A DNA stretch of 64,000 nucleotides. Origin: Candidatus Caldarchaeum sp. (GTDB lineage: Archaea > Thermoproteota > Nitrososphaeria_A > Caldarchaeales > Caldarchaeaceae). The stretch is from NCBI GenBank assembly GCA_038885755.1, contig JAVZZH010000001.1:256001-320000 (forward strand), read 5' to 3'. Position 1 is the first letter of the stretch. Each line of letters starts with the position of its first letter. This document shows, one piece after another, positions 49,529 through 59,677 of the stretch. The notes under the pieces were generated by a model, which worked only from the letters and a program-made list of their open reading frames with translations, was not told where the DNA came from and searched no databases. Position numbers and translations under genes: made by a program.

Positions 49529-50347
49529 ATGGACTTCACGGCCTCTATTCTGGTTCAAAAACCGCGTACGCTCGAGGTGCCGGTGTATCAGGCGGACGGA
49601 GTGAAGAGCGGATCCGTAGCCCTGCCCAGAGCATTCACCGCACCCATGCGGGAGGACTTGGTCCGAAGGGCTTATCTGCACTTGGCGACACACCGGCTCC
49701 AGCCCAAAGGAGCTTCAAAGATATCGGGGCACAAGCATTCAGTCGAGTCTTGGGGGCCGGGGTTCGGCATGGCCCGCATCTCAAGGATACGCGGACGTGG
49801 AACACCCAAGTACGGGTCAGGGGGAATGGTTCCGTCAGCCGTTGGAGGTAGGCCTACTCATCCGCCCGTGCCTGAAAAAAGAATACACAAGGCCTTGAAC
49901 AAGAAGGAGCTACGGAACGCATTTCTCTCAGCCCTCGCATTCACCACGTCCAGCGAGAAGGTTAGAGAAAGGGGGCACCGAATACCAGCTGAAACACCAC
50001 TCCCCATAGTCGTCGACGATGCTGTAGAGGAAATCGCCAAGACTAGAGAGGTTAAAAACCTTCTGAACAGCTTGGGGCTGGCGGACGAGCTTCGGAGATG
50101 CGTGCGGGTCAAGATAAGGCCCGGCAGGGGCAAGATGAGGGGCAGGATTTACAAGCGGAGGCGCGGCCCTCTGCTGGTTGTTTCGAAGAAGTGCGTCCTC
50201 GCCAAAGCCGCTGAGAACATAGAGGGAGTTGACGTTGTTGAGGCTAGAAACCTCAGCGTCCTCGACCTCGCTCCGGGCGGTCATCCAGGCAGGCTGGCCA
50301 TCTTCACAAAATCGGCGCTCAACGTTCTGGGTGAGAGGCTGGAATGA
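49529..50347 (+). CDS. rpl4: 50S ribosomal protein L4
   Basis: [20 protein letters not shown] and [10 protein letters not shown] motifs. Confidence 0.96.
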   Translation: MDFTASILVQKPRTLEVPVYQADGVKSGSVALPRAFTAPMREDLVRRAYLHLATHRLQPKGASKISGHKHSVESWGPGFGMARISRIRGRGTPKYGSGGMVPSAVGGRPTHPPVPEKRIHKALNKKELRNAFLSALAFTTSSEKVRERGHRIPAETPLPIVVDDAVEEIAKTREVKNLLNSLGLADELRRCVRVKIRPGRGKMRGRIYKRRRGPLLVVSKKCVLAKAAENIEGVDVVEARNLSVLDLAPGGHPGRLAIFTKSALNVLGERLE

Positions 50348-50604
50348 ACCTTCAAGACGTGGTCAAGCGTGTTGTGATAACTCAGGACGCCGTCTCGCTC
50401 ATCGAGAAGGAGAACAAGCTCGTGTTCATAGTCGACTTGAAAGCCGACAAAAAGACCATCATGCGTGCAGTCGAGCATCTATACGAGGTTAAGGTCGAGA
50501 AGGTAAACACGCTGATAACGCCGAGGGGTGAGAAGAAAGCTTTCGTCAAGCTAAAGCCCGAGTACAAGGCGTCCGACCTAGCAGTAAAGCTTGGAATCTT
50601 CTGA
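50344..50604 (+). CDS. rpl23: 50S ribosomal protein L23
   Basis: ENKLVFIV and VNTL...KKAFVKL motifs. Confidence 0.96.
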   Translation: MNLQDVVKRVVITQDAVSLIEKENKLVFIVDLKADKKTIMRAVEHLYEVKVEKVNTLITPRGEKKAFVKLKPEYKASDLAVKLGIF

Positions 50605-50615
50605 GGTGGACAGGT

Positions 50616-51338
50616 ATGGGCAGGAACATAAGAGCTCAACGCATCGGCCGCGGCTCACCGCGCTTCATAGCCTCTAAACACCGCAAATACGAGGTGGGCT
50701 ATCCTACCAGCTTAATCAACTCGGGAGGGTTGACGACGGCGGTGGTCAGGGACATTCTCCACGACCCGGGCAGAGGAGCTCCTGTGGCTATCGTGGGCTA
50801 TGACGGCACGGAGTTCGCAGTTCCAGCTGTTGAGGGAATGTATGTTGGGCAGGTGATTGAGATGGGTGGTTCGGCGAAGCCTTCTGCGGGGAACATCGTC
50901 GTCCTAGGCAGCGTTCCAGAGGGAACCGTCGTGTCGATGGTTGAAAGGGTTCCCGGCGACGGTGGAAAGCTTGTGAGGACCTCGGGAGGCTACGCCGTTG
51001 TGATGGCTCAGGTCGGCGACAAGACGATCCTGCGAATGCCGTCCAAGAAAGACGTCGAAGTTTCGGCGAAGTCTCTGGCGGTGGTGGGCGTCGTAGCCGG
51101 CGGAGGCAGGAACGAGAAACCATTCCTCAAGGCCGGCGCGAAGCATCATTTGATGAGAGCCCGACACCGCTACTGGCCGAAGTCGAGGGGCGTGGCCATG
51201 GTTCCCGCCGTGCACCCGTTCGGCGGAGGAAGCCACAAGAGAATAGGAAGGCCCGAGACGGTGAAGCGCACAACTCCCCCTGGGAGGAAGGTGGGTTTGA
51301 TAGCCGCACGGAGGACTGGAAGGAAGAAGAAAGGCTGA
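50616..51338 (+). CDS. rpl2: 50S ribosomal protein L2
   Basis: HDPGR, RGVAM..HPFGGG and PPGRKVGLIAARRTG motifs. Confidence 0.97.
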   Translation: MGRNIRAQRIGRGSPRFIASKHRKYEVGYPTSLINSGGLTTAVVRDILHDPGRGAPVAIVGYDGTEFAVPAVEGMYVGQVIEMGGSAKPSAGNIVVLGSVPEGTVVSMVERVPGDGGKLVRTSGGYAVVMAQVGDKTILRMPSKKDVEVSAKSLAVVGVVAGGGRNEKPFLKAGAKHHLMRARHRYWPKSRGVAMVPAVHPFGGGSHKRIGRPETVKRTTPPGRKVGLIAARRTGRKKKG

Positions 51339-51409
51339 AACAAAGAACCGAAATACCTATGTTTGAAAGGATATTTCAGAGTTCTGGCAGATTAGGAAGG
51401 GGGAGGTAA

Positions 51410-51550
51410 GGAAGCCGGAGACCACCCACTTGGCGGTGTTCGCTCTGCTCATGGGCGTGGGTTTGGATGCGGGGGCTTTCGGCAGCTTGGCTGTTCCGCT
51501 GGGCTCCGGAGAAACGGGTTCCGGGCGGGCGTCGCATGATGCTCGGCTCC
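51410..51550 (+). ncRNA. Putative structured RNA of unknown class
   Basis: G+C-rich intergenic element with a closing stem and several internal hairpins whose imperfect pairs are G-U on the + strand. No match to tRNA, 5S, SRP or RNase P signatures. Confidence 0.35.
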
Positions 51551-51565
51551 ATATGTTAGTTCATG

Positions 51566-51573
51566 TTTATATG
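51566..51573 (+). promoter_or_regulatory. TATA box of rps19 (probably leaderless transcript)
   Basis: TTTATAT about 27-33 nt upstream of the rps19 ATG. Confidence 0.5.
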
Positions 51574-51599
51574 CAGGCGGTCAGCCTTGACGGCCGGTA

Positions 51600-52013
51600 A
51601 TGGTTAGGGAGTTCACATACAAAGGCTACACAGTTGAACAGCTCATGTCCATGAGCATGGATGCTGTGATAAAGCTCCTGCCCAGCAGGGCTAGGAGAAG
51701 CCTCTACAAGAGAGGCCTCACTCCTGCGCAGTCCAAGCTGCTGGTCAAGGTGCGTAAGGCTAGGAAGCTTCTAGAGTCGGGGCAGAGGCTTGAGAAGCCG
51801 ATTAAGACACACTGCAGGGACATGATTATAATCCCCGAGATGATCGGGTTAACCATCCACGTTCACAACGGCAAGGAGTTTCAGCCCGTCGAGATCGTTC
51901 CCGAGATGCTTGGACACAGGCTCGGCGAATACGTAATCACTAACAAGAAGGTCGTCCACGGAAGAGCAGGAGTCGGCGCGACTAGGAGCAGCATGTACGT
52001 CCCGCTGAAATAG
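51600..52013 (+). CDS. rps19: 30S ribosomal protein S19 (uS19)
   Basis: FTYKG, KTHCRDM, HNGKEF and ATRSS.YVPLK motifs. Confidence 0.97.
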   Translation: MVREFTYKGYTVEQLMSMSMDAVIKLLPSRARRSLYKRGLTPAQSKLLVKVRKARKLLESGQRLEKPIKTHCRDMIIIPEMIGLTIHVHNGKEFQPVEIVPEMLGHRLGEYVITNKKVVHGRAGVGATRSSMYVPLK

Positions 52014-52442
52014 CCTTACGCATCTACGTGTGTCAAGAGCTACGAGCTTCTGAAGCCAGCGACACTGTTCCTCCGTCAGAAGCTGTGAGTTTTGAGCGGA
52101 TAGACATCTAGCTTCTGCACGGCTAATAACAGCTGGGCTTGCAAAATACCGTCCCATGCCGTCGGCGGCGAAAGCATCCAATGAGATGGAACGAGTAATA
52201 AAAACCATCGACAGCGGTGCTCACAAAAGCTCTAAGAAGCTTGGCTCGGAGAAAGATAGGCTATCTCAACAAGGCTTCACACACCAAGTATAGCGCTCCT
52301 GCATGTGACCAGACATCAATTGAACGTTTTCAGAAATAAGCGGGCATACAAAACCAACAGGTTCAAGGCGTGTCGGGAAAGATGTATTTTAGAGAAAAAA
52401 GACTTAAATAAACTATGCACGTCGCGTCAGTTGATTTGATTC

Positions 52443-54758
52443 ATGAAAAGAGTTGAAGACATGCGGCTTCTCAAAGGCCTCGGTGTTTTTGTAGACGACC
52501 TAACGCTTCCTAAGATGCTTCACTGCGTATTTACCCGAAGCAGTTACGCTCACGCAAAGATTCTCAGAATAGATTATTCCGAAGCCCTCAAGACAGGGGG
52601 TGTAGTGGCGGTAATAGATGGAAGTTACGTAGCGTCGCGCTACAAACCGCTCAACACACTCATAAATGGAATTAATTACTATGGAATAGCCGTTGACAAA
52701 GTCCGCTACTTTGGAGAACCAGTGGCGATGGTGCTAGCCGATTCCGTCGAGACGGCATACGACGCCGCAGAAAAAATCTACGTAGATTATGACCCGCTTC
52801 CGGCGGTTGTTGAGCCTGAGAAGTCCGCGGCTTCGACGACCTTAGTCCATGAAAACGTTGGAACTAACCTTGTTCTTCACAGAAGCTTCAGATTCGGCGA
52901 TGTAGATAAAGCGTTTGAAGAAGCTCATACTGTTGTCTCGGAAAAATTCTATTTCGACCGGTACGCCGCCTCACCGGTAGAGACGTGCGGTGTTCTTGTC
53001 AACTATCTAAAGGATGGGTCTTTAACAGTTTACGACAACCAGCAGACACCGTATCTTTTTAGAAAAACCATAGCACGTTCCTTAGGCATCGACCCTGAGA
53101 AAGTTAGGTTTATCGAAAAAGACGCAGGCGGTGGTTTCGGCGTAAAGATCATGCTCTACCCATATGTTTTCTTACTCTGCCTCGCGTCCTTACACGTTCA
53201 AAGACCTGTAAAATGGTTCGAAACGAGGAGAGAGCATCTAACGTCTATGGCTCAAAACTCGAACAGAGTGACCTACGCCGAGATGGCCTTGGATAAAACC
53301 GGCCGAATCACCGGCTACAGGACGAAGTTTTACGAGGATTGTGGAGCGTTTGTCAGACTGCCCGACCCCGGAGGAGTCATAAGATCCTTGATGACCTATC
53401 AGGGATGTTATGATATCAGAAATATCGAGGTTGATTTGAATGTTGTAGTGACGAATAAATGTCCAACCGGGCCTGTCAGAGGCTATGGGTGCCCGCAGGC
53501 ATATTTTGTTCTGGAAAGGATGATGGATATCGCGGCGAAGCAGGTTGGGTTATCACCCTTTGAAATCCGTATCCGCAACATGGTGGATAAAAGCCAGCAA
53601 CCTTACCGAACGGTTTTCGGCAGCCTGTATGACGGCGGTGATTACAAAAACGTTCTGGAGAGAGCGTGGAAGCTTGCCGAGCCGGAGAAATTCGCTGGCG
53701 AACCTAACGTGGGTATCGGGATAGCGTGTGTTGTGGAGCCAGCTGTGACGAACCTGGCTCGAAATAAGCTTCTTTTCCCCGAGATTGAAGCATCGGGTTC
53801 AGGCGAGGGAGCGGTGGTCCGTCTCGAGGAATCGGGGAACATAACAGTCTACATAGCATCCATTCCCCAAGGTCAAGGGCACGAAACTGTCGCTACGCAG
53901 GTCGTCTGCGAAACTTTGAACGTTAAGCCCGAGCGGGTGAGAATTGTTTATGGTGATTCAGAAATGGTTTACCCCAGCCCGTATGGAGGGACATGGGCTA
54001 GCAGATTCAGCGTGATGACCACAGCTGCCGTGAAAAAAGCCTGTGAAACCCTGAAACGCAGCATACTCTCCGTCGCCTCCGAACTCCTCGAAGCATCTGA
54101 AAACGACCTGGAAATCCGCGACGGAGCAATCTACGTAAGAGGGTCTGAAGCCTCGATCTCGTTGGAACAGCTTGCCGCAAAAGCATACCGCGACAGTGTC
54201 AAAGCACGTAGCCGCGCCCCGCTGCAGGCTGAACATTTCTATGATTTCCCAACATTCAACACAGGCGTTGCAGGAGGTATCAACATGTCGGCCACCTACG
54301 GCAACTCAGCGCATGTTGCAATAGTAAGGGTAGACCCCGAAACCTTCAAACCAACAATACTACGGTATGTGGCGGTCCATGACTGCGGCAGGATCTTGAA
54401 CAAACAAATCGTCGACGGCCAGATATTCGGCGGAGTAGTGCAGGGGATTGGGGCAACGCTTTACGAAAGAATCGTTTACGATGAAAACGGACAGATTTTA
54501 ACATCGTCTTTCATCGACTACCTTTTGCCAACATCTGTTGAGACGCCGGAGGTCATAGTAGACCACTTAGAGACCCCGTCTTTGTTTTCTGAGCTTGGGT
54601 CGAAGGGTATGGGCGAGGGCCCCTTGATACCTGTATCTGCTTCGATAGCCAACGCAGTTGAAGATGCTTTGAAAACCCGAATAAACAACTCTCACATCTC
54701 GCCTCAACAGCTCTGGGAGACGATGAAAAATAATAAAAATAAGCTGCGAAAGAGTTGA
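52443..54758 (+). CDS. Molybdenum hydroxylase large subunit (xanthine dehydrogenase/CoxL-like family)
   Basis: RVED, GGGFG.K, RGYG, QGQGHET, GTWASR, GQIFGG and GSKGMGE motifs. Lacks the AYxCSFR loop of form I CO dehydrogenase. Confidence 0.9.
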   Translation: MKRVEDMRLLKGLGVFVDDLTLPKMLHCVFTRSSYAHAKILRIDYSEALKTGGVVAVIDGSYVASRYKPLNTLINGINYYGIAVDKVRYFGEPVAMVLADSVETAYDAAEKIYVDYDPLPAVVEPEKSAASTTLVHENVGTNLVLHRSFRFGDVDKAFEEAHTVVSEKFYFDRYAASPVETCGVLVNYLKDGSLTVYDNQQTPYLFRKTIARSLGIDPEKVRFIEKDAGGGFGVKIMLYPYVFLLCLASLHVQRPVKWFETRREHLTSMAQNSNRVTYAEMALDKTGRITGYRTKFYEDCGAFVRLPDPGGVIRSLMTYQGCYDIRNIEVDLNVVVTNKCPTGPVRGYGCPQAYFVLERMMDIAAKQVGLSPFEIRIRNMVDKSQQPYRTVFGSLYDGGDYKNVLERAWKLAEPEKFAGEPNVGIGIACVVEPAVTNLARNKLLFPEIEASGSGEGAVVRLEESGNITVYIASIPQGQGHETVATQVVCETLNVKPERVRIVYGDSEMVYPSPYGGTWASRFSVMTTAAVKKACETLKRSILSVASELLEASENDLEIRDGAIYVRGSEASISLEQLAAKAYRDSVKARSRAPLQAEHFYDFPTFNTGVAGGINMSATYGNSAHVAIVRVDPETFKPTILRYVAVHDCGRILNKQIVDGQIFGGVVQGIGATLYERIVYDENGQILTSSFIDYLLPTSVETPEVIVDHLETPSLFSELGSKGMGEGPLIPVSASIANAVEDALKTRINNSHISPQQLWETMKNNKNKLRKS

Positions 54759-54764
54759 TGAGAA

Positions 54765-55949
54765 ATGAAAACCGTTCTGATCAAAAACATAGGTAAAATA
54801 GTTTCGGGAAAAATAGCTAAGCCAATAGTCGACGGCGACAGCATATACATCAGCAACGGCGTCGTAGAGGAAGTTGGATACAACATTTCACGCCAGGCTG
54901 ACGGGGTCTTCGACGTCAACGGCATGACAGTCATTCCAGGACTGTTTGATTCCCATGTTCACCCGGTTTTCGGAGATTTCACACCCAGGCAAAACACTCT
55001 CGGGTTCATAGAATCGTCTGTCAACGGAGGCGTGACAACATTCATCTCAGCCGGTGAAGTGCATTTGCCCGGCAGGCCTCGCGGCGATAAGGATGCGGCG
55101 AAGGCGTTGGCAATTTTAGCCCACAAAACATTCAAAAACCTTCGGCCTCTCGGCGCGAAGATTCACGCCGGAGCTTTGCTGCTTGAGAAAGGACTGGTTG
55201 AGGCTGATTTTGAAGAAGTGGTGAGGGCCGGTGTTTGGTTGGTTGGCGAGGTTGGTCTCGGAAGCGTCCAGGACCCAGATGAGGCGGCGGCTCTGGTGAG
55301 AATAGCCCAGAAACACGGCATGAAAGTGGTTATCCACACAGGAGGAGCATCGATTCCAGGCAGCACGATCATCAACGCGGAAGTAGTCCTGAAGGTAAAG
55401 CCGAACGTCGTGTCGCACATCAACGGAGGGCCCACATCACCATCGTTGACAGACATCCGAAGAATAATCGAGAACACAGAATCAGCCATCGAAGTCGTGC
55501 AGTGCGGCAACTTCAAATCCATGGTCGAAACAGTCAAGATACTCCATTCACGCAACGAGCTGAACAGGCTGATAATAGGAAACGACGCGCCATCGGGAAC
55601 CGGCGTAGTCCCGCTCGGAATAATCCGGACTGTATCTTTCATCGCATCCAACACGTCAGTTGAGGCGGAGAAAGTTGTCTGCGCAGCCACCGGCAACACT
55701 GCCAAAGTCTTCGGCTTAAAGGAAGGCGTTATCGAACCAGGAAAACCCGCAGACCTCATAGTCGTGGACACGCCCTACGGCTCGACCGGCAGAGACGCTC
55801 TCGAAGCATTTTCCGTCGGCGACATTCCCGGCATAGCTATGGTGATGGTCGACGGCGTTCCACGTGTAGGCCGCAGTAGGATGACTCCCCCTCCAACGAA
55901 ACATATAAAAACTGAAGGAGAAGCGAAACTCCCCGAAGGCGGTCATTAA
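54765..55949 (+). CDS. ena: Enamidase (amidohydrolase superfamily)
   Basis: IKNIGKIVSG, DSHVH, GDFTPRQ, GEVGLG, HTGG.SIPGS, SHINGGPT, GNDAPSGTG, GDIPGI and SR.TPP match the Eubacterium barkeri enamidase as I recall it along the whole length. Confidence 0.88.
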   Translation: MKTVLIKNIGKIVSGKIAKPIVDGDSIYISNGVVEEVGYNISRQADGVFDVNGMTVIPGLFDSHVHPVFGDFTPRQNTLGFIESSVNGGVTTFISAGEVHLPGRPRGDKDAAKALAILAHKTFKNLRPLGAKIHAGALLLEKGLVEADFEEVVRAGVWLVGEVGLGSVQDPDEAAALVRIAQKHGMKVVIHTGGASIPGSTIINAEVVLKVKPNVVSHINGGPTSPSLTDIRRIIENTESAIEVVQCGNFKSMVETVKILHSRNELNRLIIGNDAPSGTGVVPLGIIRTVSFIASNTSVEAEKVVCAATGNTAKVFGLKEGVIEPGKPADLIVVDTPYGSTGRDALEAFSVGDIPGIAMVMVDGVPRVGRSRMTPPPTKHIKTEGEAKLPEGGH

Positions 55950-55950
55950 A

Positions 55951-56931
55951 ATGAAGCTAGGCCTCCGGTTGCCAACATTCACACGCACGGGTGATTTTTC
56001 ATCAGGCGAAGCCTTGAAAAACTATGTTGCTGAGGCTGAGCAACTCGGCGTCCAGGGATTCTTCGTCATCGACCATTTGCTTACATCGCGGCCGGCTTAT
56101 TCAACTAGCTGGCACGACCCGTTGATTGCCCTGTCCTTCGTCGCGGCGGCGACAAAGAACGCCGTTGTAGGTCCCATGGTGATGGTGCTGCCTCTCAGAA
56201 GTCCCTATCTTGTCGCAAAACAGACAGCTTCTTTGGATGTTTACTCTGGAGGAAGATTTGTGCTTGGAGCGGGCGTGGGATGGAACGTCGACGAATTCAA
56301 ACTGCTTAACGTTCCGCTGGAAAAAAGAGGAGTTATAATGGACGAATACCTTGCCCTTCTCAAAAAGCTCTGGACCGATGACAAAGTCACGTTCGAGGGA
56401 AAACATTTCAACGTGAAAGACCTAGTCCTCGAGCCCAAGCCTGTTCAGAAACCACATCCCCCTATATGGATAGGTGGCGGCAGCCAGCCGCATGAAATTC
56501 TCTACGGTGCTGCCGCGAAGGGAATCGATAAAGTTCTTCTACGCATAGCCAAGTTTGCGGATGGATGGATACCGCATTCAAGCTCAACGCCCGAGATGTC
56601 GGCTCAGGACTGGGAGAAAGTGAAGAAATATGCAGAGGAGCTCGGACGCGACCCCTACCGAATAACAAAAGTCTATTCAAACTTTGTCTACATCCGTAGC
56701 CCGGGAGAGGATGACAACGAAGCCGTGAAACGTTTTTCACTCTACTCAGGTATGAACCTCGAATACTGGAGAAACTACTACCTCTACGGCACTGCTGACG
56801 AGCTTGCGGTGAAGATCAAGAAACGCATCGAATCGCTTGAGGGCGTTGACTGGGTCGTGCTAAACCCCGTGACGTTTGAAAGAACGCAGCTTCTCAGAAT
56901 CACGCAAGACCTCTATCCTCGCGTCAGCTAA
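55951..56931 (+). CDS. LLM-class (luciferase-like) flavin/F420-dependent oxidoreductase
   Basis: IDHL, LDVYSGGRFVLGAGVGW..DEF, PKPVQKPHPPIWIGG and ADGWI motifs. Confidence 0.88.
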   Translation: MKLGLRLPTFTRTGDFSSGEALKNYVAEAEQLGVQGFFVIDHLLTSRPAYSTSWHDPLIALSFVAAATKNAVVGPMVMVLPLRSPYLVAKQTASLDVYSGGRFVLGAGVGWNVDEFKLLNVPLEKRGVIMDEYLALLKKLWTDDKVTFEGKHFNVKDLVLEPKPVQKPHPPIWIGGGSQPHEILYGAAAKGIDKVLLRIAKFADGWIPHSSSTPEMSAQDWEKVKKYAEELGRDPYRITKVYSNFVYIRSPGEDDNEAVKRFSLYSGMNLEYWRNYYLYGTADELAVKIKKRIESLEGVDWVVLNPVTFERTQLLRITQDLYPRVS

Positions 56932-56969
56932 ACAAAACTATAAAAGCCTCTATATTTGCTGGAAAAACC

Positions 56970-58184
56970 ATGAAAAGGTCAGTCGTCATTGCTATCGTTG
57001 CCGTGGTCGTGGTCGTTGCAGCTTCGTCTGGTGTGTTCCTGTTTCTCTCACAGCAGAGCCTTGGAGTATCTGAGGTGAAGATCGGAGCTCTCGTTCCTTT
57101 GACAGGTCCTTTCGCCATCTACGGCGACTACACAATTTACGGGATGAGGTTTGCTGTCGATGAACTGAACGCCAAGGGAGGTGTTCTTGGGGCGAAGGTC
57201 GTTCTCATCGAGGCTGACGAAAAAAACGACGCGAAGGAAGCTGTTGCGATATTCAAAAGGATGGCGGAGATTGACCGCGTAACCGCCGTTGTGGGTACAA
57301 TTTCGAGCGGGATCGGCGCAGTCTTGACGGCTGAGGCGGAGCAGGCGAAGGTTCCGCTTTTCCTCATAGCAGCCGGATCACACACAATCCTGACCAAGGA
57401 TTCCCGCTACACGTTCAGAACCTGTCTACCGCCTGCTCCAACTAACGGCGAGCTCCTAGCCAACTTTGTCCGCGACAAAGGCTACAAGAGAGTCGGCGTA
57501 GTCATAGCTAGTTATGAATGGGGTTTTGCCATCAAGGAAGTTTTGGAGAAACGGCTGAAGGATATTCCGGGAGTACAGTTTCAGATTGAGGAAGCTCCTC
57601 TAGGTGAGACTGACTTTACAACCGTTCTTCGGAAGCTTCAGCCCCTCAATCCAGAGGTCATGATACTGACCGGGCATCCGCCGGGATTCCCCGTTATCAC
57701 CAAGCAAGCCATTGAACTTGGTTTCCAATCAGAGTACTACATTGCTTCAGTTCAGCCGCCTGAACTCATGCTCAGAGGTGTTGGAGAAATAGGCCTCAAC
57801 AAGCTTGTCACAACCACGTGCGTGAACTTAGAAGCACCCCAGTACCGTGAGCTGGCGGAGAAATTCTACCAGAAATACGGCAAATACTTTGACCATAACG
57901 CGGTATCCGGATACGTCACCGTGTTGTTGATCGCCGACGCTGTGGAGAAGACAAGGTCAACAGACCCCGCAGTTGTTGCCAACTACATCCGTACACACGA
58001 GTTCAACCATCCCGTATTCGCATGGCCGTTGTCCTACACCGAGTGGGGCGAGATAAAGAAGCCGTCGATGCGTCTCGCTGTGATTAAGAGCGGAAACCCA
58101 GGCCCGGTCAACCCGGGAGCGAACTGGCTGGTTGAAAACCTGTATACATCGCCGCCGGTCGAGCCTTACGTTCCAGCCAAATAA
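56970..58184 (+). CDS. Liv-type ABC transporter substrate-binding protein
   Basis: N-terminal anchor; IGALVPLTG, NAKGGVLG, YTFR and DF motifs. Confidence 0.9.
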   Translation: MKRSVVIAIVAVVVVVAASSGVFLFLSQQSLGVSEVKIGALVPLTGPFAIYGDYTIYGMRFAVDELNAKGGVLGAKVVLIEADEKNDAKEAVAIFKRMAEIDRVTAVVGTISSGIGAVLTAEAEQAKVPLFLIAAGSHTILTKDSRYTFRTCLPPAPTNGELLANFVRDKGYKRVGVVIASYEWGFAIKEVLEKRLKDIPGVQFQIEEAPLGETDFTTVLRKLQPLNPEVMILTGHPPGFPVITKQAIELGFQSEYYIASVQPPELMLRGVGEIGLNKLVTTTCVNLEAPQYRELAEKFYQKYGKYFDHNAVSGYVTVLLIADAVEKTRSTDPAVVANYIRTHEFNHPVFAWPLSYTEWGEIKKPSMRLAVIKSGNPGPVNPGANWLVENLYTSPPVEPYVPAK

Positions 58185-58185
58185 C

Positions 58186-58206
58186 ATATTTTTATATTTC
58201 TTTTCC
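58186..58206 (+). terminator. Possible internal oligo-T terminator after the binding-protein gene
   Basis: TTTTTATATTTCTTTT directly after the stop codon. Confidence 0.4.
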
Positions 58207-58243
58207 TGACGAGAAGACGGTTGATAACGGTTTGGGATCTATA

Positions 58244-58981
58244 ATGCTAAACTGTATTGACGTGACTATGTTTTTCGGCGGTCTACCGGCCCTGAGGAAC
58301 GTCAACCTCCAAGTTGAGGAGGGTGAGATCAGGGCTGTCATCGGCCCTAACGGAGCTGGTAAAACAACGCTGTTTAACGTGATAAACGGAGTCTACAAGC
58401 CTTCTTCAGGCAAGATTCTGCTCGATGGTGTTGACATAACTAGAAAACCTCCATACGTGGTTTTTAAGCTCGGTGTTGGAAGAACTCTCCAGATTCCAAG
58501 GCCTTTCAAGGATTTGACGGTTTGGGAGAACGTTCTGGCAGGCGGGCTGTTCAGCGGCCGTATGTCGATGGATGAGCTGGAAAACCATGTTTCAACGCTC
58601 TTAGACAGACTCGGTTTATCCAGTAAAGCAAACCTCAAAGCAGCTGTTCTGAACCTTCAGGAAAGGAAGAAAGTAGAGCTGGCGAGAGCCTTGGCGTCGA
58701 AGCCAAAGGTTTTGATGGTGGATGAATACATGAGCGGCCTCAACACCGCCGAAATAGAGGATGCCGTAGAGCTCTTCAGAGAACTGAGGAAAACCTACAA
58801 CCTTACGATCATCTGGGTCGAACACGTGATCAGCGCGGTGTCATCCCTCGCCGACAAGGTTTCAGTCCTAAACCAAGGGGTAAAGATAGCTGAGGGAAAG
58901 CCTGAAGAAATAGTCGCCGACGAAGAGGTAATTGAAGCTTACTTGGGTGAGAGAATTGTCCAGCCTTCTAAAAGTGGATAA
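58244..58981 (+). CDS. Liv-type ABC transporter ATP-binding protein (LivG-like)
   Basis: FGGL.AL, GPNGAGKTT, LARAL, VEH and V.EAYLG motifs. Confidence 0.92.
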   Translation: MLNCIDVTMFFGGLPALRNVNLQVEEGEIRAVIGPNGAGKTTLFNVINGVYKPSSGKILLDGVDITRKPPYVVFKLGVGRTLQIPRPFKDLTVWENVLAGGLFSGRMSMDELENHVSTLLDRLGLSSKANLKAAVLNLQERKKVELARALASKPKVLMVDEYMSGLNTAEIEDAVELFRELRKTYNLTIIWVEHVISAVSSLADKVSVLNQGVKIAEGKPEEIVADEEVIEAYLGERIVQPSKSG

Positions 58982-59675
58982 CCTCGCAGCAGCATACGGC
59001 GACATTCAAATTCTCTGGGATGTTTCGATAAACGTAAACAAGGGAGAAGTGGTCGTCGTTTTGGGCCCCAACGGTGCCGGCAAAACAACCCTTCTCAAAA
59101 CTATTGCAGGCTTGTTGAAACCCAAAAAAGGTTCAGTGACCCTTGATGGTAAACGAATAGACGGCCTGCCGCCTGAAAAGGTTGTCGGAGAAGGCGTGGC
59201 ATTGGCACTCGCTGAGAAAGAACTCTTTCCCCAGATGACTGTAAAGGAAAACCTGCTTCTCGGAGCCTTCCACGCTAGGGCGAGGAAAAAAGTTCATGAA
59301 AACCTCGAGCTTGTCTACAGCATCTTTCCAAAACTCAAAGAAAGAGAGTTTCAAAAAGCGGGGACCATGAGCGGTGGCGAACAGCAGATGCTGGCCATCG
59401 GCAGAGCTTTGATGACGGATGCTAAGCTTTTGCTTCTGGACGAGCCTTCCACAGGACTTGCTCCACTACTCGTCAAAAACATTTTCACAGGACTGAGGAG
59501 AATAATGGAGAACAAGAAAGAGCTGTCGATACTTCTAGTCGAACAACGAACGGTGCAGGCGGCGGAGCTGTGCGACAGGGGATACATACTCACGAACGGC
59601 CGCATAGTGTTCGACGGCGACATACGAGAAGGGCTGTCGAAACAGGCTTTCGTCAGAAAGTATCTGGGGATGTAG
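58956..59675 (+). CDS. Liv-type ABC transporter ATP-binding protein (LivF-like)
   Basis: GPNGAGKTT, MSGGEQQMLAIGRAL, DEPSTGLAP and LVEQ motifs. Confidence 0.92.
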   Translation: MSSLLKVDNLAAAYGDIQILWDVSINVNKGEVVVVLGPNGAGKTTLLKTIAGLLKPKKGSVTLDGKRIDGLPPEKVVGEGVALALAEKELFPQMTVKENLLLGAFHARARKKVHENLELVYSIFPKLKEREFQKAGTMSGGEQQMLAIGRALMTDAKLLLLDEPSTGLAPLLVKNIFTGLRRIMENKKELSILLVEQRTVQAAELCDRGYILTNGRIVFDGDIREGLSKQAFVRKYLGM

Positions 59676-59677
59676 AT

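Noticed and set aside
51410-51550. RNase P RNA, SRP RNA or 5S rRNA
   Set aside because: No GAGGAAAGUCC-type P4 motif, no SRP helix-8 motif and no 5S consensus; too short for the first two.
52443-54758. Aerobic CO dehydrogenase (form I CoxL)
   Set aside because: The active-site loop reads PYGGTWASRF, not AYxCSFR, and the context is heterocycle catabolism.
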